A stretch of 64,000 nt of DNA from Gemmatimonadota bacterium. GTDB taxonomy: Bacteria; Gemmatimonadota; Gemmatimonadetes; Palauibacterales; Palauibacteraceae. This document shows positions 60,324-64,000 of the stretch, piece by piece (position 1 is the first letter of the stretch; each line of letters begins with the position of its first letter). The notes beneath the pieces are model-generated. The model was not told the DNA's origin, did no database searches, and saw nothing but the letters and a program-made list of their open reading frames with translations. A program made the translations under genes and the position numbers. The stretch covers positions 26,626 to 90,625 of the forward strand of contig JBDHAC010000024.1 of assembly GCA_039588275.1 (NCBI GenBank), read 5' to 3'.

Positions 60324-62165
60324 TTGGACGCGAGCGGCCGAGTCCCGTTCAGGCGCCTCCTCGCGTTCGTCGGACCGTACCGCTGGAGCTTTGCGGGTGG
60401 CCTGTTCCTCACGGTCATTTCAGCCCTCTTCGATGCATTCAGCCTTCTCCTCCTGATCCCCTTCCTTCGATCTCTGTTCGGGATGGGTCCGCTATTACCC
60501 GGTGGCGGTCGGAATCCCGCCGAGAAGCTGATCGATTGGGTGGCGGGCGACTGGCTGGGTGAGGTGGAGGGCCTCGGAGCGCTCCGGGTCGTATGCGGGT
60601 TGGTCCTGGCCACGATCCTGATCAAGAACCTGTGTCTGTACGCGGGAAAGATGCTCTCCATTCGCGTACAGGAACGGGTCGAGCGCGATATGCGTGACGA
60701 AGTGCACTCTCACCTTCAGCAGCTCCCGCTCGGTTTCTTCGAGCGCACGAAGACCGGCCAGCTGATCGCGCGCGTGCTGTCGGACACGAGCGCGGCGAAG
60801 CCCATCGTCAGCTTCCAGCTCTCGGAGCTCGTGCGTCAGGTCGCCACGGCGGCGGCCTATCTCGTATCGTTGTTCGTCCTCTCCCTTCGCCTGACGCTGA
60901 TCGCGCTCATCCTCGTGCCGGTGATGGTTCTCACGCTGCGACCGCTGCTGCGGCGGCTCCGCATTCGTTACCGAGGCGTCTACGATCAGCGCGGCGAGCT
61001 CGTCAGCCACCTGCAGGAGACCGTGAGCGGGATCAGGCTCGTGAAGGCCTACGGCGCGGAGGCCTACGAGGAGGGGCGCTTTCGCCGTCGCTCCGATGAG
61101 CACAGCCGAGAGCAAATACGTACCGCCGCGACGGCGTATCTCGCTTCGCCTCTCTCGGAGGTGCTGGCGACACTGGTAGCCCTGGCGTTGATCTGGGTCG
61201 GTGCCGGCCTGGTGCTGGGCGCCGGCACTCTGGGGCCTGAACAGTTCCTCGCGTTCGTCACGATCGCCCTCCGCTCGATCTCTCCGATCAAGGCGATCTC
61301 CCAGTTCCCGGCGTTCGCACAGCAGGCGCTGGCCGCGGCGGATCGCTTCTTCGAGGTGCTCGAAGTGCAGCCCGAACCGGTCGATGTAGCGGGGATGCGT
61401 GATGTGGTCCGGCTCGAGAGGGAGATCCGGTTCGAGGGAGTGACGTTCGCGTACGAGCCCGACCGGCCGGTGCTCAGGGGTATCGACCTGACGGTTCACG
61501 TGGGTGAGGTCGTGGCGCTCGTGGGACCTTCCGGGGGTGGCAAGAGCACGGTGGTCGACTTGCTTCCGCGCTTCATACTGCCTGACCGGGGGCGGGTCCT
61601 GCTGGACAGTATCGACATACGCGAGCTTTCCCTCCGCTCCCTCCGTCGTCTCATGGGGGTCGTCAGCCAGGAGACGACCATCTTCCACGACACCGTGCGC
61701 GCGAACATCGCCTATGGCGAACCGGACCGGTGGACCACCGATGAAGTCGAAGCCGCCGCTCGCGCCGCGCACGCCCACGAGTTCATCAGGGAGCTTCCGA
61801 ACGGGTACCAGACGTTACTGGGGGACCGGGGTGTGCGTCTGTCCGGCGGGCAACGCCAGCGGATCGGGATCGCGCGGGCACTTCTCCGGGATCCGCCGAT
61901 CCTCATCCTCGATGAAGCCACATCCTCGCTGGATTCGGAGTCGGAGCGCTGGATTCGGGACGCTCTCGAGCAGCTCTTCCGCGAGCGAACCGTGATCGTC
62001 ATCGCCCACCGCCTGTCGACGGTGCGAGAGGCGGACCGGATTCTCGTGATCGAGGCGGGACGCTTGGTGGATACCGGCAGTCACCGAGAGCTCTTCGCGC
62101 GCGGGGGACTGTACCGGCGTCTGTTCGAGGGACAAATGGAGAGCGTCCCGGCACCCACCCAATGA
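60324..62165 (+). CDS. MsbA-like ABC exporter (permease + ATPase)
   Basis: TM domain; GPSGGGKST; LSGGQRQR; ILDEATS; IAHRLST. Confidence 0.9.
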   Translation: MDASGRVPFRRLLAFVGPYRWSFAGGLFLTVISALFDAFSLLLLIPFLRSLFGMGPLLPGGGRNPAEKLIDWVAGDWLGEVEGLGALRVVCGLVLATILIKNLCLYAGKMLSIRVQERVERDMRDEVHSHLQQLPLGFFERTKTGQLIARVLSDTSAAKPIVSFQLSELVRQVATAAAYLVSLFVLSLRLTLIALILVPVMVLTLRPLLRRLRIRYRGVYDQRGELVSHLQETVSGIRLVKAYGAEAYEEGRFRRRSDEHSREQIRTAATAYLASPLSEVLATLVALALIWVGAGLVLGAGTLGPEQFLAFVTIALRSISPIKAISQFPAFAQQALAAADRFFEVLEVQPEPVDVAGMRDVVRLEREIRFEGVTFAYEPDRPVLRGIDLTVHVGEVVALVGPSGGGKSTVVDLLPRFILPDRGRVLLDSIDIRELSLRSLRRLMGVVSQETTIFHDTVRANIAYGEPDRWTTDEVEAAARAAHAHEFIRELPNGYQTLLGDRGVRLSGGQRQRIGIARALLRDPPILILDEATSSLDSESERWIRDALEQLFRERTVIVIAHRLSTVREADRILVIEAGRLVDTGSHRELFARGGLYRRLFEGQMESVPAPTQ

Positions 62166-62779
62166 GTCGCGACCCCGGCGTCCGGGTTCCGACCACACGG
62201 ACTCTCCTCCTGATTCGCCATGCACACTCGCGTGTGGACCCGGGGCGACCACCCGAGGAATGGTCTCTCACGCCGCGCGGCTCGAGCGAGGCCGCAATCG
62301 TCGCGCCGATGCTCGCGCCGTTCGGGCCGGGTCGACTGCTGTCGAGTCCGGAGCCGAAGGCCATGCAGACCGCTGAGATCCTGGGGCGCCACCTGGACTT
62401 GGATGTCCAGATCGTAGACGGGCTGCGCGAGCACGATCGAACCGGGGTGCCCTTCTTCGGGACCCAGGACGAGTTCGAGCGCAGGGTGAAGGAGCTCTTC
62501 GAGCGCCCTGCCGAGCGCGTCTCGGGTCACGAATCCGCCGAGGAGGCGTGCCGGCGTTTCTCGGCGGCACTAGAGGACATCCTGGCGTCCTATCCCGACG
62601 AGTGCATGGCGTTCGTGACGCACGGAACCGTGATGAGCCTTTTCCTGGGCCGTCTGGGGGCCGCCGAACCGCTCCGATTGTGGCACCGCTTGGGGATGCC
62701 CGCTTACGCAGCGGTAGAGTGGCCCTCGGGAAGGCTTATCGAGCTGGCGCCCGAGCCGGCGGTAGCGGACGATGGCTAG
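62162..62779 (+). CDS. Histidine phosphatase (phosphoglycerate mutase-like)
   Basis: LIRHA; SSP..KAMQTA; LRE; VTHG. Confidence 0.85.
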   Translation: MSRDPGVRVPTTRTLLLIRHAHSRVDPGRPPEEWSLTPRGSSEAAIVAPMLAPFGPGRLLSSPEPKAMQTAEILGRHLDLDVQIVDGLREHDRTGVPFFGTQDEFERRVKELFERPAERVSGHESAEEACRRFSAALEDILASYPDECMAFVTHGTVMSLFLGRLGAAEPLRLWHRLGMPAYAAVEWPSGRLIELAPEPAVADDG

Positions 62780-63749
62780 GTTCCGGGACGTCGTTGCCGA
62801 TCTCGCCGCGCGTGGATTGGAGGCCGGTGCCGGGTTGCTCTCCGAGCCCGCCGCGCGTCAGGTCGGCGGTGCGCTGGCACTCGTCGCGTACGGACCACTC
62901 CGGATCCGACGCCGAACCGTGGAGCGCCAGATCGCCGACTCCTTCCCCGATCGGGGCATTGCGTGGGTGCGCGACACGGCTCGCGCCTGCTACCGACACT
63001 TCGGGGAGGAGATCGTGGCTCTCGCGCGGCCGACGCCGGAGCGCGTCGAGGAGATGCTGGCGCGCGCCCACGATCCGAACGGGCTGTACACGCGCCACCG
63101 GCATCTGTTCGACAGTGGGTCGGGAGCCATCATCGTGACTGGCCACATTGGAAATTGGGAGCTCGCCGGGGCTTACCTGGCGATGTCGGGAGTCCCGGTC
63201 ACGGCGGTCGTCCGTCGCCAGCGGGGAGCCGTCGACCGGCGATTTCAGCGCATCCGTCGCGCGATGGGGCTGGACGTCGTGTATCAGGACGAGCCATCTC
63301 GGCGCCTCGTCCGAGCGCTTCGTGCCGGCAGGACTCTCACCCTGGTGGCCGATCAGCACGCGGCGCGCGGAGGCATTCCGATACCCTTTCTCGGACGACC
63401 GGCGTCCACTTCCCGGGCGCCTGCGCGCCTCTCGATCGCTTGCCAGGTACCGCTCTTCTTCGGGGCCCTGCTCAGGGATGGGGGCGGCTACCGCGTGGCG
63501 CTCGAGCGCGTCGATGATGAGGGTGGCCATCTCGACGACATCGACCTCACGCGATGTTGGGTCGCCAGGTTGGAAGAGTTGGTGGGCAAGCACCCCGACC
63601 AGTACTTCTGGTTTCACCGCCGTTGGAAGTGGGCGCCATCGGGGGCGCCATCCGGAGCACCATCCGGAACGTCGGCCACTGACCCGGCGTACGAACCGGG
63701 CACGGGGGCGTTCAGCGGATCACTGACGAGCGAAAGTGAGCCCTGCTAG
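62772..63749 (+). CDS. Lipid A acyltransferase (LpxL/HtrB family)
   Basis: GHIGNWE; ADQ; FLGRPA; PDQYFWFHRRWK. Confidence 0.88.
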   Translation: MARFRDVVADLAARGLEAGAGLLSEPAARQVGGALALVAYGPLRIRRRTVERQIADSFPDRGIAWVRDTARACYRHFGEEIVALARPTPERVEEMLARAHDPNGLYTRHRHLFDSGSGAIIVTGHIGNWELAGAYLAMSGVPVTAVVRRQRGAVDRRFQRIRRAMGLDVVYQDEPSRRLVRALRAGRTLTLVADQHAARGGIPIPFLGRPASTSRAPARLSIACQVPLFFGALLRDGGGYRVALERVDDEGGHLDDIDLTRCWVARLEELVGKHPDQYFWFHRRWKWAPSGAPSGAPSGTSATDPAYEPGTGAFSGSLTSESEPC

Positions 63750-64000
63750 ATGATCTACATCGGAATCCCGGTTCACAACGAGCGGCACACGATGGGACCG
63801 CTCCTGTGGAGGATTCGCGAGCTACTCTCCGGGCGCGCCCGCGACTTCTGCGTCCTCGTGTGTGATGACGCGTCCGATGATGGGACGTCGGAAGCGTTGG
63901 CCTCGTACGCACGCATACTCCCGTTGGGCGTGCTCACGAACGAGCGACGGCTCGGATACGCGGCCAGCCTGGAGCGCCTCGTACGGGAATCCGTCGATCG
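63750..64000 (+). CDS. GT2 glycosyltransferase (3' end outside window)
   Basis: MIYIGIPVHNE...VCDDASDDGT directly after the acyltransferase stop. Confidence 0.85.
   Translation, partial: MIYIGIPVHNERHTMGPLLWRIRELLSGRARDFCVLVCDDASDDGTSEALASYARILPLGVLTNERRLGYAASLERLVRESVD

Overview
High-GC, gene-dense bacterial chromosomal window with about 55 CDS. I recognised no rRNA, tRNA, CRISPR array, transposase or phage gene. The gene repertoire (ADOP-type ABC permease, BNR/VPS10 hydrolase, DUF5916, HEAT + HD-GYP pair, PorX-like regulator, lptFG, lpxD) fits a diderm, probably Gemmatimonadota (inference only). Main blocks: (1) a type IV minor-pilin cassette, fimT/pilV/pilW/pilX-like (2.2-5.2 kb); (2) a TetR-headed run encoding a small Cys/Thr-repeat ORF, an MMPL/RND transporter, a LolA-like protein, an outer-membrane barrel and a B12-binding radical SAM enzyme (10-17.2 kb), which is the best candidate for an uncharacterised system; (3) sugar/glycoside redox genes, many with Tat signals (GH109, GalK, Gfo/Idh/MocA x2, TIM-barrel isomerase, FGE-family protein, SSS symporter, GMC + subunit 3; 20.6-40.1 kb); (4) peptidases, a DUF547-VTT fusion, a Cho-like nuclease and HD-GYP/HEAT (40.8-52.8 kb); (5) an LPS/envelope cluster (53-64 kb). 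Two genes are broken, one by a homopolymer frameshift and one by an internal deletion. Several genes look leaderless. All family calls come from motif recognition by eye, not database searches, and start codons are my best estimates.
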